Positions 43,515 through 57,582 of a DNA stretch of 64,000 nt are shown one piece after another. Source of the stretch: Eledone cirrhosa (taxonomy: Eukaryota); the NCBI GenBank assembly GCA_964016885.1, contig OZ024748.1, positions 52,948,001 to 53,012,000 on the forward strand, read 5' to 3'. A program made the position numbers and the translations under genes. Positions within the stretch are counted from its first letter, which is position 1; each line of letters opens with the position of its first letter. Under the pieces are notes generated by a model. The model did no database searches and was not told where the DNA came from. It worked only from the letters and a program-made list of their open reading frames with translations.

Positions 43515-43900
43515 AAGGGTGGGTCCTTGCTGGAGGGTGGGGTTACCTTACTGGAGAGTGGGGTAACCTTACTGGAGGGTGGGGGGGCTAACCTTGCTGG
43601 AGGGTGGGGTAATCTTACTGGAGGGGGGGGCTAACCTTGCTGAAGGGTGGGGTTACCTTGCTGGAGGGTGGGGTTACCTTACTGGAGAGTGGGGTAACCT
43701 TACTGGAGGGTGGGGTTACCTTACTGGAGGGGGGGGTTACCCTACTGGAGGGGGGGGGCTAACCTTGCTGGAGAGTGGGGTAACCTTGCTGGAGGGTGGG
43801 GTTACCTTGCTGGAGGGTGGGGAGGCTAACCTTGCTGAAGGGTGGGGTTACCTTGCTGGAGGATGTGGGATTAACCTTGCTGGAGGGTGAGGGAGGGGGG
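43515..43900 (+). repeat. ~21-bp G-rich minisatellite, ~17 copies
   Basis: Unit accttgctggagggtggggtt. Confidence 0.9.
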
Positions 43901-43920
43901 TGCATGACAAGTTTCTTTCA

Positions 43921-44455
43921 TTATCATCATCATCATCACAATTATACATCCATTCTTCCATGCTAGCATGGGCTGGACGGGTTGTCCTCTTGTGGTCAGT
44001 GCCATGTCAGATGACCATGTCTTGCTCATCCAGGACTGATTTTCGCTTCATTTCTACAGCTGGATGTTCTTCCTAGCAACAATCTCATTTACAATAAGTA
44101 CTGGGTCCTTTTTTACCATGGCGCCTGCACAACCACTCTACAGTGTGGACTGAATGCTTTTTGTCGTGTCACCATCATGACCACTTTCCAGTGGGAGGGG
44201 GAGGGACATACTGTCTATATGCTCCAGCTTCGGCTTGTATCCGTGGGAATTGTTCGTTATTGGCTCCATCCCCTCCCCCCTCATCAACCCACTTGTTGTC
44301 ATTTCCTCCTCCATCACCTTCAGCCATGTCTTTCTTGTACTTCTTCCTTTCACATTCATTTCCATCACTCCTCTCACCCAATTACTGTCAACCTTCCTCA
44401 ACACATGACTCAACCATCTCATTCCATTTTTTTTGTTTTTCCTCAGCATTAATCA
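43921..44455 (-). mobile_element. Older diverged copy of the RTE LINE/SINE-like chimera
   Basis: MRWLSHVLRKVDSNWVRGVMEMNVKGRS..RKTW, then ctggagcatatagacagtatgtccc junction as at 9556-9580, then SINE-like body and (GAT)n. Confidence 0.75.
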
Positions 44456-44589
44456 CTCGCTTTATTCTGTTCATTACACAGAAGATATACTCCCAAACTG
44501 AAAGACATATACTAACATATGTGCATTCATATCCATGGATAGATTCATAACTACATACACATTAACCTATACAGGTACCAAATCTAATC

Positions 44590-44922
44590 CAGGGTCTTCT
44601 CACACCTGTTGAAGGAGCTCCTCCTTGATTGAGCCCCACTGCTTCTTATCTCTGGCCATACTAGAGCAAGTGAACTAAAGGTATCAGGTCAGATTGTCAA
44701 TCCAGGGCCTTTTCATTCCTGTTGGAGGAACCCCTCCATGCTTGACCTCCACTGCTTCCTATCTCTGGCCATACTGGACCATGTGGGGCCGAGATAACAG
44801 GTCAGATCATTGATCCAGGTCCTTCTCATTCCTGTTAGAGGAACCCCTTCCTGGTTGACCACCTTTGCTTCCTATCTCTGACCATACTGGACCATGTGGG
44901 GCTAAAGTATCAGGTCAGATAA
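44590..44922 (+). repeat. Three diverged ~115-bp tandem copies
   Basis: tccagg..ttctca..cctgtt..agga...tgcttcctatctctggccatactgga..caggtcagat repeated. Confidence 0.75.
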
Positions 44923-45064
44923 TTACACCATCTTGTGTTAGGCTACTCTCTGGTTCTTCTCCACTGTCTTTGTGTCCACTTTGTCACTCTAACAGTCCAC
45001 TTGTTGTCTCTGAGATGAGAGACATGGCTAGTCCATCTATGTTTACCTTGCACCAGTACATAAA

Positions 45065-45997
45065 TACATGTGTATGTACATAGTTAAATATATACCTACA
45101 TGACCACATGTATGTACATAGTTAAATATATACCTACATGACCACATGTATGTACAAAGTTAAATATATACCTACATGAGCACATGTATGTACATAGTTA
45201 AATGTATACCTACATGACCACATGTATGTACATAGTTAAATATATACCTACATGACCACATGTATGTACATAGTTAAATATATACCTACATGACCACATG
45301 TATGTACATAGTTAAATATATACCTACATGACCACATGTATGTACATAGTTAAATATATACCTACATGACCACATGTATGTACATAGTTAAATGTATACC
45401 TACATGGCCACATGTATGTACATAGTTAAATGTATACCTACATGTCCACATGTATGTACATAGTTAAATATACACCTACATGACCACATGTATGTACATA
45501 GTTAAATATATACCTACATGACCACATGTATGTACATAGTTAAATGTATACCTACATGTACATAGTTAAATATATACCTACATGACCACATGTATGTACA
45601 CAGTTAAATATATACCTACATGACCACATGTATGTACATAGTTAAATATATACCTACATGACCACATGTATGTACATAGTTAAATATATACCTACATGTC
45701 CACATGTATGTACATAGTTAAATATATACCTACATGACCACATGTATGTACATAGTTAAATGTATACCTACATGTACATAGTTAAATATATACCTACATG
45801 ACCACATGTATGTACACAGTTAAATATATACCTACATGTCCACATGTATGTACATAGTTAAATATATACCTACATGACCACATGTATGTACATAGTTAAA
45901 TATATACCTACATGTCCACATGTATGTACATAGTTAAATATATACCTACATGACCACATGTATGTACATAGTTAAATATATACCTACATGACCACAT
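45065..45997 (+). repeat. 38-bp minisatellite, ~24 copies
   Basis: Unit catgaccacatgtatgtacatagttaaatatataccta. Confidence 0.95.
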
Positions 45998-46609
45998 TAT
46001 TAAACCACGTACTACTATGTTAAATAGAGAGGACACATTAGATAATGTAGGCCAAGATACTTTATAAAAAAGATGGGTTGTTCATGGCTGAGAGGTGATT
46101 GTTCCTATGTATGGCTGTGGCTGGCAAACACCAACGACATCTAAAACAACAGCAACTAAAACAATAACAGCAACTAAAACAACAACAACATCTAAGACAA
46201 CAAAAACAGCAATAAGTAAAGGAACAAGAAGAAAGGCAGCACAACCAATTACCAAAACATCTACAACAACTGAAACAATAACAACTACAGCAATAACAAC
46301 AACAGCAATAATTGTTATTAATGAAGTAAATGAAGAGAAGGAAAGAAAATGAAAAAGTGAAACAAGATCAACTAGAATATGACACCAAACATCATTAGAG
46401 GAGATGGGATATATATAGAGAGATATATAGATAGATAGATAGATAGATACATATATAGAGAGAGACAGACTAACAGACACACAGAGCTCTCACAACTACC
46501 ACCACAACTAACATCATTAGAGGAGATGGGGATATATATATATAGATATATATATATAGAGAGAGATATATTTATATATATATAGAGATATAAATAGATA
46601 GATATAGAT

Positions 46610-46723
46610 ATGTTTCTTTATTAGCCACAGGAGCACAAAAGAAGGGGACAAATACAAAGGGGGAAGTTTACATACAATAAAAACGTGTAAAATACTATCA
46701 CAAATGTAATTTAAAAATTCATC

Positions 46724-46758
<35 letters not shown>

Positions 46759-47130
46759 CCCCAATAGGGGAAGGCATTTCATATGGGTAACACATACCCC
46801 CGAAAAAATGTGCAACCCTCATCTCCAGGAGTACGAAGAGTTTGTACTCCTTTCCTCTCTTCCTCTTTTTCCTCAACCTACAGGCTGATATAGAGAGAAG
46901 GCCCATTCACTCGGGCCATTCTCGCCACTTTCACCCACCTTTCATAAAACTTGCTGGGGTGCAGCACCTCTCTCTCCATCCTAATTCTTCTTCCAAAGTG
47001 GTATTTGAAAAAAAGAATCAGTTGTTGGCCAGAGAGAAAGGTGTCTGACCTCAGCCCTTTTAACCTTGTCCACCATACAACCTCTTTCGCCATAGCTATC
47101 ACACAAAGTAAAACCGCCTCTCCTTCGATA
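46610..47130 (-). mobile_element. 3' end of a Tx1/L1-like LINE
   Basis: Minus ORF end CVIAMAKEVVWWTRLKG...FFKYHFGRRIRMERE..FYERW..stop at 46878, then 3' UTR with internal A-run and AATAAA before a microsatellite; family recognised from memory. Confidence 0.6.
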
Positions 47131-47261
47131 AAGATATAGATAGATAGATAGAGAGAGACAGACAGAGCTCTCACAACTACACCACAACTAACATCATTAG
47201 AGGAGATGGGGTTATATATATGTATGTACAAGGTAAACAGAAATAACAACACAATATATAG

Positions 47262-47580
47262 CATCATCATCATCATATGTCCGCTTTTCCCTGCTTGCAA
47301 GGGTTGGACGGGTCCTATTTAGCACAGCATCTCTCCACTTGTCACGGTCCATTGTCATCTCCTCGGTGAGCTTCAGCGATCTGAGGTCTGCTCTCACCAC
47401 CTCTGCCCATGTTTTTCATGGTCTCCCTCTACTGCGTCTCCTTCTACTGGCATTTCTTGGCACTTCTTTACCCAGTGGTCATCCTCCATGCGCATCACAT
47501 GTCCATACCATCTCAGCCTTCTCTACTGCACACCACAACTTATCCCTCTTATACCCAGTTTCTTTCTCAACTCGTCTATG
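47262..47580 (-). mobile_element. RTE LINE 3' end with stops
   Basis: IDELRKKLGIRGISCGVQ*RRLRWYGHVMRM...KTWAEVVRADL..DRDKWRDAV running into cccttgcaagcagggaaaagcggac(atg)n. Confidence 0.85.
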
Positions 47581-47887
47581 AGGTTTTTTGTTTTTTTTTA
47601 CAAAATGAAAAAAACAAGATGTCCTACACGAGTGAAAGTACGAGGAAACAAAGATGAAATCGAAAATGCAATTGGAGTCTTTTTAAAAAATATATATTTA
47701 TTTGGTTCCTTTACTGGTTTTGCAGTTCTTGTGCTTTTCAAAAGTAGGATTGAGATGGAGGGTTTGTGGTTTTGAGACAGACAAACAGACAGAATTCTCA
47801 CAACTACCACTACTACCAACATTACCACCATCATTACCACAACTACCTTGTCTACCACCCATCACCACCCACCACCACCCACCATAA

Positions 47888-49006
47888 CTGATGTGTTACT
47901 GTTGTTGTTACTGTTGTTGTTGTCATTGATGTGTTACTGTTGTTGTTACTGTTGTTGTTGTTGTTACTGTTGTTGTTGTTGTTACTGTTGTTGTTGTTAC
48001 TGTTGTTGTTGTCATTGATGTGTTACTGTTGTTGTCACTGATGTGTTACTGTTGTTGTTACTGTTGTTGTTATTGTTGTTGTTGTTACTGTTGTTGTTGT
48101 CACTGATGTGTTACTGTTGTTGTTGTTGTTGTTGTTACTGTTGTTGTTGTCACTGATGTGTTACTGTTGTTGTTGTTACTGTTGTTGTTATTGTTGTTGT
48201 TGTTACTACTACTGTCGTTGCTGCTCCTGCTGTTGTTGATGTTTCACTTGGGTTGTTAGTATTTACTTTCTTAACCCTGGCAAAGACTTGCGACTACTAA
48301 ACTATTTATCTAATTAAAACTAATTGACTGTGTAATATACCCCATACCACACATGTGGTATTACCACCACCACTACCACCACTACCACTACACCACCACC
48401 ACCACCACCACATCATTGCAGATATCACAACCCATCACCCCAACACCTCCATCATCACTATCATCACCACCACCACTACCACCACCACTACCACTACACC
48501 ACCACCACTACTACCACTACACCACCACCACTACCACCACCACCACATCATTGCAGATATCACAACCCATCACCCCAACACCTCCATCATCACTATCATC
48601 ACCACCACCACTACACCACCACCACTACTACCACTACACCATCACCACCACCACCCTCTCCATCACCACACCATTGCAGCTATCACAACTCATCACCCTC
48701 ACATCCCCATCCCCACCACACTACTACCATCACCACCACCACTACCACCACCACTACCACCACCACCACCACCACCACCACCACCACCACCACTACCACC
48801 ACCACCACCAGCACCACAATAACCACCACCACCACCACTACCACCACCACCACCACCACCACCACCACCACCACCACCACTACCACCACCACCACCACCA
48901 CCACCACCACCACCACCACCACCACCACCACCACCACTATCACAACCACCACTACCACCACCACCACCACTACCACCACCAGCACCACCACTACCACTAC
49001 CACCAC

Positions 49007-49037
<31 letters not shown>

Positions 49038-49225
49038 ACCACTACCACGACCACTACCACCACCACCACCACTACCACCACCACCACCACTACCACCACC
49101 ACTACCACCACTACCAGCACCACCACTACCACCAGCCCCACGACCACCCCACCACCACTACCACCACCACCACCACCAGCACCACAATAACCACCACCAC
49201 CACCACCACAACTACCACCACCACC
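47888..49225. repeat. (GTT)n then (CAC)n microsatellite tracts
   Basis: Source of the poly-H/T/P ORFs. Confidence 0.92.
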
Positions 49226-49277
49226 ATCCATATTATCACCCATTTATTCCTGGAAGGGTTGTAAGGACTGAGTCCTC

Positions 49278-49780
49278 CAGCACACCTTCCAGTGGGTCCT
49301 GTCAGCACACCTTCCAGTGGGCCCTGTCAGCACACCTTCCAGTGGGCCCTGTCAGCACACCTTCCAGTGGGCCCTGTCAGCACACCTTCCAGTGGGCCCT
49401 GTCAGCACACCTTCCAGTGGGCCCTGTCAGCACACCTTCCAGTGGGCCCTGTCAGCACACCTTCCAGTGGGCCCTGTCAGCACACCTTCCAGTGGGCCCT
49501 GTCAGCACACCTTCCAGTGGGCCCTGTCAGCACACCTTCCAGTGGGCCCTGTCAGCACACCTTCCAGTGGGCCCTGTCAGCACACCTTCCAGTGGGTCCT
49601 GTCAGCACACCTTCCAGTGGGCCCTGTCAGCACACCTTCCAGTGGGCCCTGTCAGCACACCTTCCAGTGGGTCCTGTCAGCACACCTTCCAGTGGGCCCT
49701 GTCAGCACACCTTCCAGTGGGCCCTGTCAGCACACCTTCCAGTGGGTCCTGTCAGCACACCTTCCAGTGGGCCCTGTCAG
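49278..49780. repeat. 25-bp tandem array, 20 copies
   Basis: Unit cagcacaccttccagtgggccctgt. Confidence 0.97.
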
Positions 49781-50031
49781 AAGCAACCATCTCCAACTGA
49801 TCCAGCTGGATCCCTAAATGAGACCAGCCCATCTCATGGATGTTATCCAACCATCTTGCTCATGGTCTACTCCTGGGTCTTATGCCAGCTGGTTTTGCTA
49901 GTAAAATATGTCCAGCAATTCTTTTCTGAGACATTCTACCCACATGTCCATAATACTGGAGCTGTGATCCCTCTTTTCGGAGAAGTAGTGGCTCTGCCTG
50001 GAGTGACTCCCTGATTTCCAAGCTACACACT

Positions 50032-51216
50032 TTAACCCTTTAGTGTTCAAACCTGCCAAAACCGGCCAGAATTCTCTACCTCTTTCTGTTGAAACTGGCT
50101 GTAACTGGTCGCTCATACTGATGTTGAGGTATTGTTCTCAAAATAATTACTTTCAAAATCTCATACATTCGATATTATGGGAGATAATTATGTGAGGTAA
50201 AGCCTTTACCATGAAAATATAATAGTATATATAGTGTAATGTGAATGTTATGTGAGATAATTATGTGAGGTAAAGCCTTTACCATGAAAATATAATAGTA
50301 TATATAGTGTAATGTGAATGTTATGTGAGATAATTATGTGAGGTAAAGCCTTTACCATGAAAATACAATAGTATATATAGTGTAATGTGAATGTTATGTG
50401 AGATAATTATGTGAGGTAAAGCCTTTACCATGAAAATATAATAGTATATATAGTGTAATGTGAATGTTATGTGAGATAATTATGTGAGGTAAAGCCTTTA
50501 CCATGAAAATACAATAGTATATATAGTGTAATGTGAATGTTATGTGAGATAATTATGTGAGGTAAAGCCTTTACCATGAAAATATAATAGTATATATAGT
50601 GTAATGTGAATGTTATGTGAGATAATTATGTGAGGTAAAGCCTTTACCATGAAAATACAATAGTATATACAGTGTAATGTGAATGTTATGTGAGATAATT
50701 ATGTGAGGTAAAGCCTTTACCATGAAAATACAATAGTATATATATAGTGTAATGTGAATGTTATGTGAGATAATTATGTGAGGTAAAGCCTTTACCATGA
50801 AAATACAATAGTATATATATAGTGTAATGTGAATGTTATGTGAGATAATTATGTGAGGTAAAGCCTTTACCATGAAAATACAATAGTATATATATAGTGT
50901 AATGTGAATGTTATGTGAGATAATTATGTGAGGTAAAGCCTTTACCATGAAAATACAATAGTATATATATAGTGTAATGTGAATGTTATGTGAGATAATT
51001 ATGTGAGGTAAAGCCTTTACCATGAAAATACAATAGTATATATAGTGTAATGTGAATGTTATGTGAGATAATTATGTGAGGTAAAGCCTTTACCATGAAA
51101 ATACAATAGTATATATAGTGTAATGTGAATGTTATGTGAGATAATTATGTGAGGTAAAGCCTTTACCATGAAAATACAATAGTATATATAGTGTAATGTG
51201 AATACTAAAGGGTTAA
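50032..51216 (+). mobile_element. piggyBac-type MITE with ~14 copies of a 73/75-bp internal unit
   Basis: TTAAccctttagtgtt ... aatactaaagggTTAA; unit gagataattatgtgaggtaaagcctttaccatgaaaatacaatagtatatatagtgtaatgtgaatgttatgt. Confidence 0.88.
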
Positions 51217-52527
51217 CTAGTGTTACTCTAATTACCCTTTGGAAGAAACCATTTCAGTTTCTTGTGTTCATGATCATCTTATTGTTGTCATTAGCCAAGT
51301 TTCATGTCCATTCATAAAATTACTAACACCAACAGTACCACCACTACTACTACTACAACATCTACCACAAAAAAGGCACTAACACCAATACCACCACTAC
51401 TACTACTACAACATCTACCACAAGAAAGGCACTAACACCAATACCACCACTACTACTACTACAACATCTACCACAAAAAAGGCACTAACACCAATACCAC
51501 CACTACTACTACTACATCTACCACAAAAAAGGCACTAACACCAATACCACCACTACTACTACTACAACATCTACCACAAAAAATCCACTAACACCAATAC
51601 CACCACTACTACAACTACTACATCTACCACAAAAAGGCCACTAACACCACTACTACTACAACTACTACATCTACCACAAAAAGCGACTAACACCAATACT
51701 ACTACCACTACTACATCTACCACAAAAAAGCCACTAACACCAATACAACTACTACTACTACTACTACATCTACCACAAAAAAGCCACTAACACCAATACC
51801 ACCATCACTACTACAACTACTACTAGATCTACCACAAAAAACAGTAACACTAATACCACTACCACACCAACATCTACCAATATCTACGAACATGACTACT
51901 ACCAACACCAACACCACACCAACATGACCACTAAAGCCTCTACCATCGCCACCACCATACCAACATGACCACTAACATACCAACATGACCAACACAATAA
52001 CTTACTACCATCAACACCACATCCATCACCATAACCACCACCAGTACCACCGCCACAACATATCACCAGTACCACCACTACAACCACAACCAGTACCACC
52101 ACCACCAATACCACCGCCACTACATATCACCAGCACCACCAATACCGCCACCACATCCAGTACCACCACCACCACCACCACTACAACCAGTACCACTACC
52201 ACCAATACCACCACAACCAGTACCACCACCACCAATAGCACCACCACAACCATATCACCACCACTTCCAATACCACCAGCACCAATACCACCACCACCAA
52301 TACCACCACCACCAATACCACCAGCACCACCACCAATACCACCACCACCACCACCACAACAACTACCACCACCACCACTACCACCACCACCACCACCACC
52401 ATCACCACCATAACAACTACCACCACTACCACCACCACCACCATCACCACCACCACCACAACAACTACCACCACCATCCATATTATCACCCATTTATTCC
52501 TGGAAGGGTTGTAAGGACTGAGTCCTC

Positions 52528-53380
52528 CAGCACACCTTCCAGTGGGTCCTGTCAGCACACCTTCCAGTGGGCCCTGTCAGCACACCTTCCAGTGAGCCCT
52601 GTCAGCACACCTTCCAGTGGGCCCTGTCAGCACACCTTCCAGTGGGCCCTGTCAGCACACCTTCCAGTGGGCCCTGTCAGCACACCTTCCAGTGGGTCCT
52701 GTCAGCACACCTTCCAGTGGGCCCTGTCAGCACACCTTCCAGTGGGCCCTGTCAGCACACCTTCCAGTGGGCCCTGTCAGCACACCTTCCAGTGGGTCCT
52801 GTCAGCACACCTTCCAGTGGGCCCTGTCAGCACACTTTCCAGTGGGCCCTGTCAGCACACCTTCCAGTGGGCCCTGTCAGCACACCTTCCAGTGGGCCCT
52901 GTCAGCACACCTTCCAGTGGGCCCTGTCAGCACACCTTCCAGTGGGCCCTGTCAGCACACCTTCCAGTGGGCCCTGTCAGCACACCTTCCAGTGGGCCCT
53001 GTCAGCACACCTTCCAGTGGGTCCTGTCAGCACACCTTCCAGTGGGCCCTGTCAGCACACCTTCCAGTGGGCCCTGTCAGCACACCTTCCAGTGGGCCCT
53101 GTCAGCACACCTTCCAGTGGGTCCTGTCAGCACACCTTCCAGTGGGCCCTGTCAGCACACCTTCCAGTGGGCCCTGTCAGCACACCTTCCAGTGGGCCCT
53201 GTCAGCACACCTTCCAGTGGGCCCTGTCAGCACACCTTCCAGTGGGCCCTGTCAGCACACCTTCCAGTGGGCCCTGTCAGCACACCTTCCAGTGGGCCCT
53301 GTCAGCACACCTTCCAGTGGGCCCTGTCAGCACACCTTCCAGTGGGTCCTGTCAGCACACCTTCCAGTGGGCCCTGTCAG
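52528..53380. repeat. 25-bp tandem array, 34 copies
   Basis: Same unit as 49278. Confidence 0.97.
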
Positions 53381-53628
53381 AAGCAATCATCTCCAACTGA
53401 TCCAGCTGGATCCCTAAATGAGACCAGCCCACCTCATGGATGTTATCCAACCATCTTGCTCATGGTCTACTCCTGGGTCTTATGCCAGTTGGTTTTGCTA
53501 GTAAAATATGTCCAGCAATTCTTTTCTGAGACATTCTACCCACATGTCCATAATACTGGAGCTGTGATCCCTCTTTTCGGAGTAGTGGCTCTGCCTGGAG
53601 TGACTCCCTGATTTCCAAGCTACACACT

Positions 53629-54499
53629 TTAACCCTTTAGTGTTCAAACCTGCCAAAACCGGCCAGATTTCTCTTCCTCTTTCTGTTGAAACTGGCTGTA
53701 ACTGGTCGCTCATACTGATGTTAAGGTATTGTTCTCAAAATAATTACTTTCAAAATCTCATACATTCGATATTATGGGAGATAATTATGTGAGGTAAAGC
53801 CTTTACCATGAAAATATAATAGTATATATAGTGTAATGTGAATGTTATGTGAGATAATTACGTGAGGTAAAGCCTTTACCATGAAAATACAATAGTATAT
53901 ATAGTGTAATGTGAATGTTATGTGAGATAATTATGTGAGGTAAAGCCTTTACCATGGAAATACAATAGTATATATAGTGTAATGTGAATGTTATGTGAGA
54001 TAATTATGTGAGGTAAAGCCTTTACCATGAAAATACAATAGTATATATAGAGTAATGTGAATGTTATGTGAGATAATTATGTGAGGTAAAGCCTTTACCA
54101 TGGAAATATAATAGTATATATAGAGTAATGTAAATATTATGTGAGATATTATGTGAGGTAAAACCTTTACTGTGAAAATACAATAGTATATATAGAGTAA
54201 TGTGAATGTTATGTGAGATAATTATGTGAGGTAAAGCCTTTACCATGGAAATATAATAGTATATATAGAGTAATGTAAATATTATGTGAGGTAAAACCTT
54301 TACTGTGAAAATACAATAGTATATATAGAGTAATGTGAATGTTATGTGAGATAATTATGTGAGGTAAAGCCTTTACCATGAAAATATAATAGTATATATA
54401 GTGTAATGTGAATGTTATGTGAGATAATTATGTGAGGTAAAGCCTTTACCATGAAAATACAATAGTATATATAGTGTAATGTGAATACTAAAGGGTTAA
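53629..54499 (+). mobile_element. Duplicated piggyBac-type MITE with ~10 internal units
   Basis: Same termini and insertion site as 50032. Confidence 0.88.
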
Positions 54500-56524
54500 C
54501 TAGTGTTACTCTAATTACCCTTTGGAAGAAACCATTTCAGTTTCTTGTGTTCATGATCATCTTATTGTTGTCATTAGCCAAGTTTCATGTCCATTCATAA
54601 AATTACTAACACCAACAGTACCACCTCTACTACTACTACAACATCTACCACAAAAAAGGCACTAACACCAATACCACCACTACTACTACTACAACATCTA
54701 CCACAAAAAAGGCACTAACACCAATACCACCACTACTACTACTACTACAACATCTACCACAAAAAAGGCACTAACACCAATACCACCACTACTACTACTA
54801 CAACATCTACCACAAAAAAGGCACTAACACCAATACCACCACTACTACTACTACAACATCTACCACAAAAAATCCACTAACACCAATACCACCACTACTA
54901 CAACTACTACATCTACCACAAAAAGCGACTAACACCAATACTACTACCACTACTACAACATCTACCACAAAAAAGCCACTAACACCAATACCACCATCAC
55001 TACTACAACTACTACTAGATCTACCACAAAAAACAGTAACACTAATACCACTACCACACCAACATCTACCAATATCTACCAACATGACTACTACCAACAC
55101 CAACACCACACCAACATGACCACTAAAGCCTCTACCATCGCCACCACCATACCAACATGACCACTAACATACCAACATGACCAACACAATAACTTACTAC
55201 CATCAACACCACATCCATCACCATAACCACCACCAGTACCACCACCACAACATATCACCAGTACCACCACTACAACCACAACCAGTACCACCACCACCAA
55301 TACCACCGCCACTACATATCACCAGCACCACCAATACCGCCACCACATCCAGTACCACCACCACCACCACTACAACCACAACCAGTACCACCACCACCAA
55401 TACCACCGCCACTACATATCACCAGCACCACCAATACCGCCACCACATCCAGTACCACCACCACCACCACCACTACAACCAGTACCACTACCACCAATAC
55501 CACCACAACCAGTACCACCACCACCACCAATAGCACCACCACAACTATATCACCACCACTTCCAATACCACCAACACCACCACCACCACCACCAACACCA
55601 CTACCACCACCACCAATACCACCAGCACCACCACCAATACCACCACTACCACCACCACCAATACCACCACCACCACCACCACCAATACCACCACCACCAC
55701 CAATACCACCACCACCAATACCACCACTACGACCAGCACCAATACCACCAGCACCACCACCAATACCACCACGACCACCAGCACCACCACCACCAATACC
55801 ACCAGCACCACCACCACTACCACCACCACCACTACGACCAGCACCAATACCACCAGCACCACCACCAATACCACCACTACCACCACCACCAATACCACCA
55901 GCACCACCACCAATACCACCACGACCACCAGCACCAATACCACCAGCACCACCACCAATACCACCACGACCACCAGCACCACCACCACCAATACCACCAG
56001 CACCACCACCACTACCACCACCACCACTACGACCAGCACCAATACCACCAGCACCACCACCAATACCACCACTACCACCACCACCAATACCACCAGCACC
56101 ACCACCAATACCACCACTACCACCACCACCAATACCACCAGCACCACCACCAATACCACCACGACCACCAGCACCAATACCACCAGCACCACCACCACCA
56201 ATACCACCAATACCACCAGCACCACCACCAATACCACCACTACGACCACCACCAATACCACCAGCACCACCACCAATACCACCACCACCAATACCACCAG
56301 CACCACCACCAATACCACCACTACGACCACCACCAATACCACCAGCACCACCACCAATACCACCACCACCACTACCAGTATCACTACCATACCATTTTCA
56401 ATAACAGTGCCAGCACCATCTGTAAACTTACTCCACAGACCTCACTTCCAAATATCACATTACACCACAATTCCAAATGGCTACTAATTGCCATCTAAAA
56501 CTAATTACCATCAAAGTGTGTGTG

Positions 56525-56599
<75 letters not shown>

Positions 56600-56612
56600 G
56601 ATATATACATAT

Positions 56613-56715
56613 ATATGTGTGAGTGTATGAATGTATGTATGTTGGACACACACACACATGTATATATAGTTGTGTGTGTGTGTCCAACATACATACATTC
56701 ATACACTCACACATA

Positions 56716-56716
<1 letters not shown>
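56613..56716. repeat. Foldback hairpin, ~46-bp arms
   Basis: atatgtgtgagtgtatgaatgtatgtatgttggacacacacacaca and its reverse complement around tgtatatatagt. Confidence 0.85.
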
Positions 56717-56757
<41 letters not shown>

Positions 56758-56823
56758 GTATATATAAATATATGTTAGTTTGTGTCCTTCATACATACAT
56801 ATATATTTGTATATAGACATGTG

Positions 56824-56886
<63 letters not shown>

Positions 56887-56937
56887 GTTGTATGTATGTC
56901 CAACAGATATACATACATCCACACACACACACACATA

Positions 56938-56979
<42 letters not shown>

Positions 56980-57127
56980 TATACATACATATATATGTAT
57001 ATATGTATGTATGTATATATGTATGTATATATGTATGTATATGTGTTTGTGTGTGTGACTCTTTCATCATCATTATTTAACCTCCGTTTTCCTTGATAGA
57101 AAATGTGTGTGTGTGTGTATGTATATA

Positions 57128-57179
<52 letters not shown>

Positions 57180-57261
57180 AGTGTGTGTGTAATGACAGAC
57201 AGAGAGAGAACTGAAAAGACGTTGGTAACGAGGGGTTAAATTATTTGACATAAACACATAT

Positions 57262-57582
57262 ATACACATGCTTACACACACATACACATGCTTACACACA
57301 CATACACATGCTTACACACACATACACATGCTTACACACACATACACATGCTTACACACACATACACATGCTTACACACACATACACATGCTTACACACA
57401 CATACACATGCTTACACACACATACACATGCTTACACACACATACACATGCTTACACACACATGCAAATGCTTACACACACATACACATGCTTACACACA
57501 CATACACATGCTTACACACACATACACATGCTTACACACACATACACATGCTTACACACACATACACATGCTTACACATACA
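57262..57582 (+). repeat. 20-bp minisatellite, ~16 copies
   Basis: Unit cttacacacacatacacatg. Confidence 0.95.

Larger units (their letters stand above)
49226..51320 (-). mobile_element. Decayed RTE (Expander/Rex3-like) LINE 3' fragment with nested MITE and 25-bp array
   Basis: With the MITE removed, minus strand reads GHETWLMT...EM..QRV../LEIRESLQAEPLLLRKEGSQLQYYGHVGRM..RP*ARWLDNIHEMGWSHLGI..DRAHW. Confidence 0.8.
52445..55570 (+). repeat. Tandem duplicate of ~49195-52270
   Basis: Same order: LINE end, 25-bp array, LINE, MITE array, LINE, ~55-bp repeats, CAC-rich tract; unique parts near identical. Confidence 0.92.

Noticed and set aside
48353-49264. His-rich or Pro-rich protein
   Set aside because: (CAC)n microsatellite
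49292-53611. Repetitive ORFs GPVSTPSSGPCQHTFQWALSAHLPV
   Set aside because: Stop-free 25-bp unit open in all three frames, antisense to a LINE remnant; not CRISPR either, as there are no spacers
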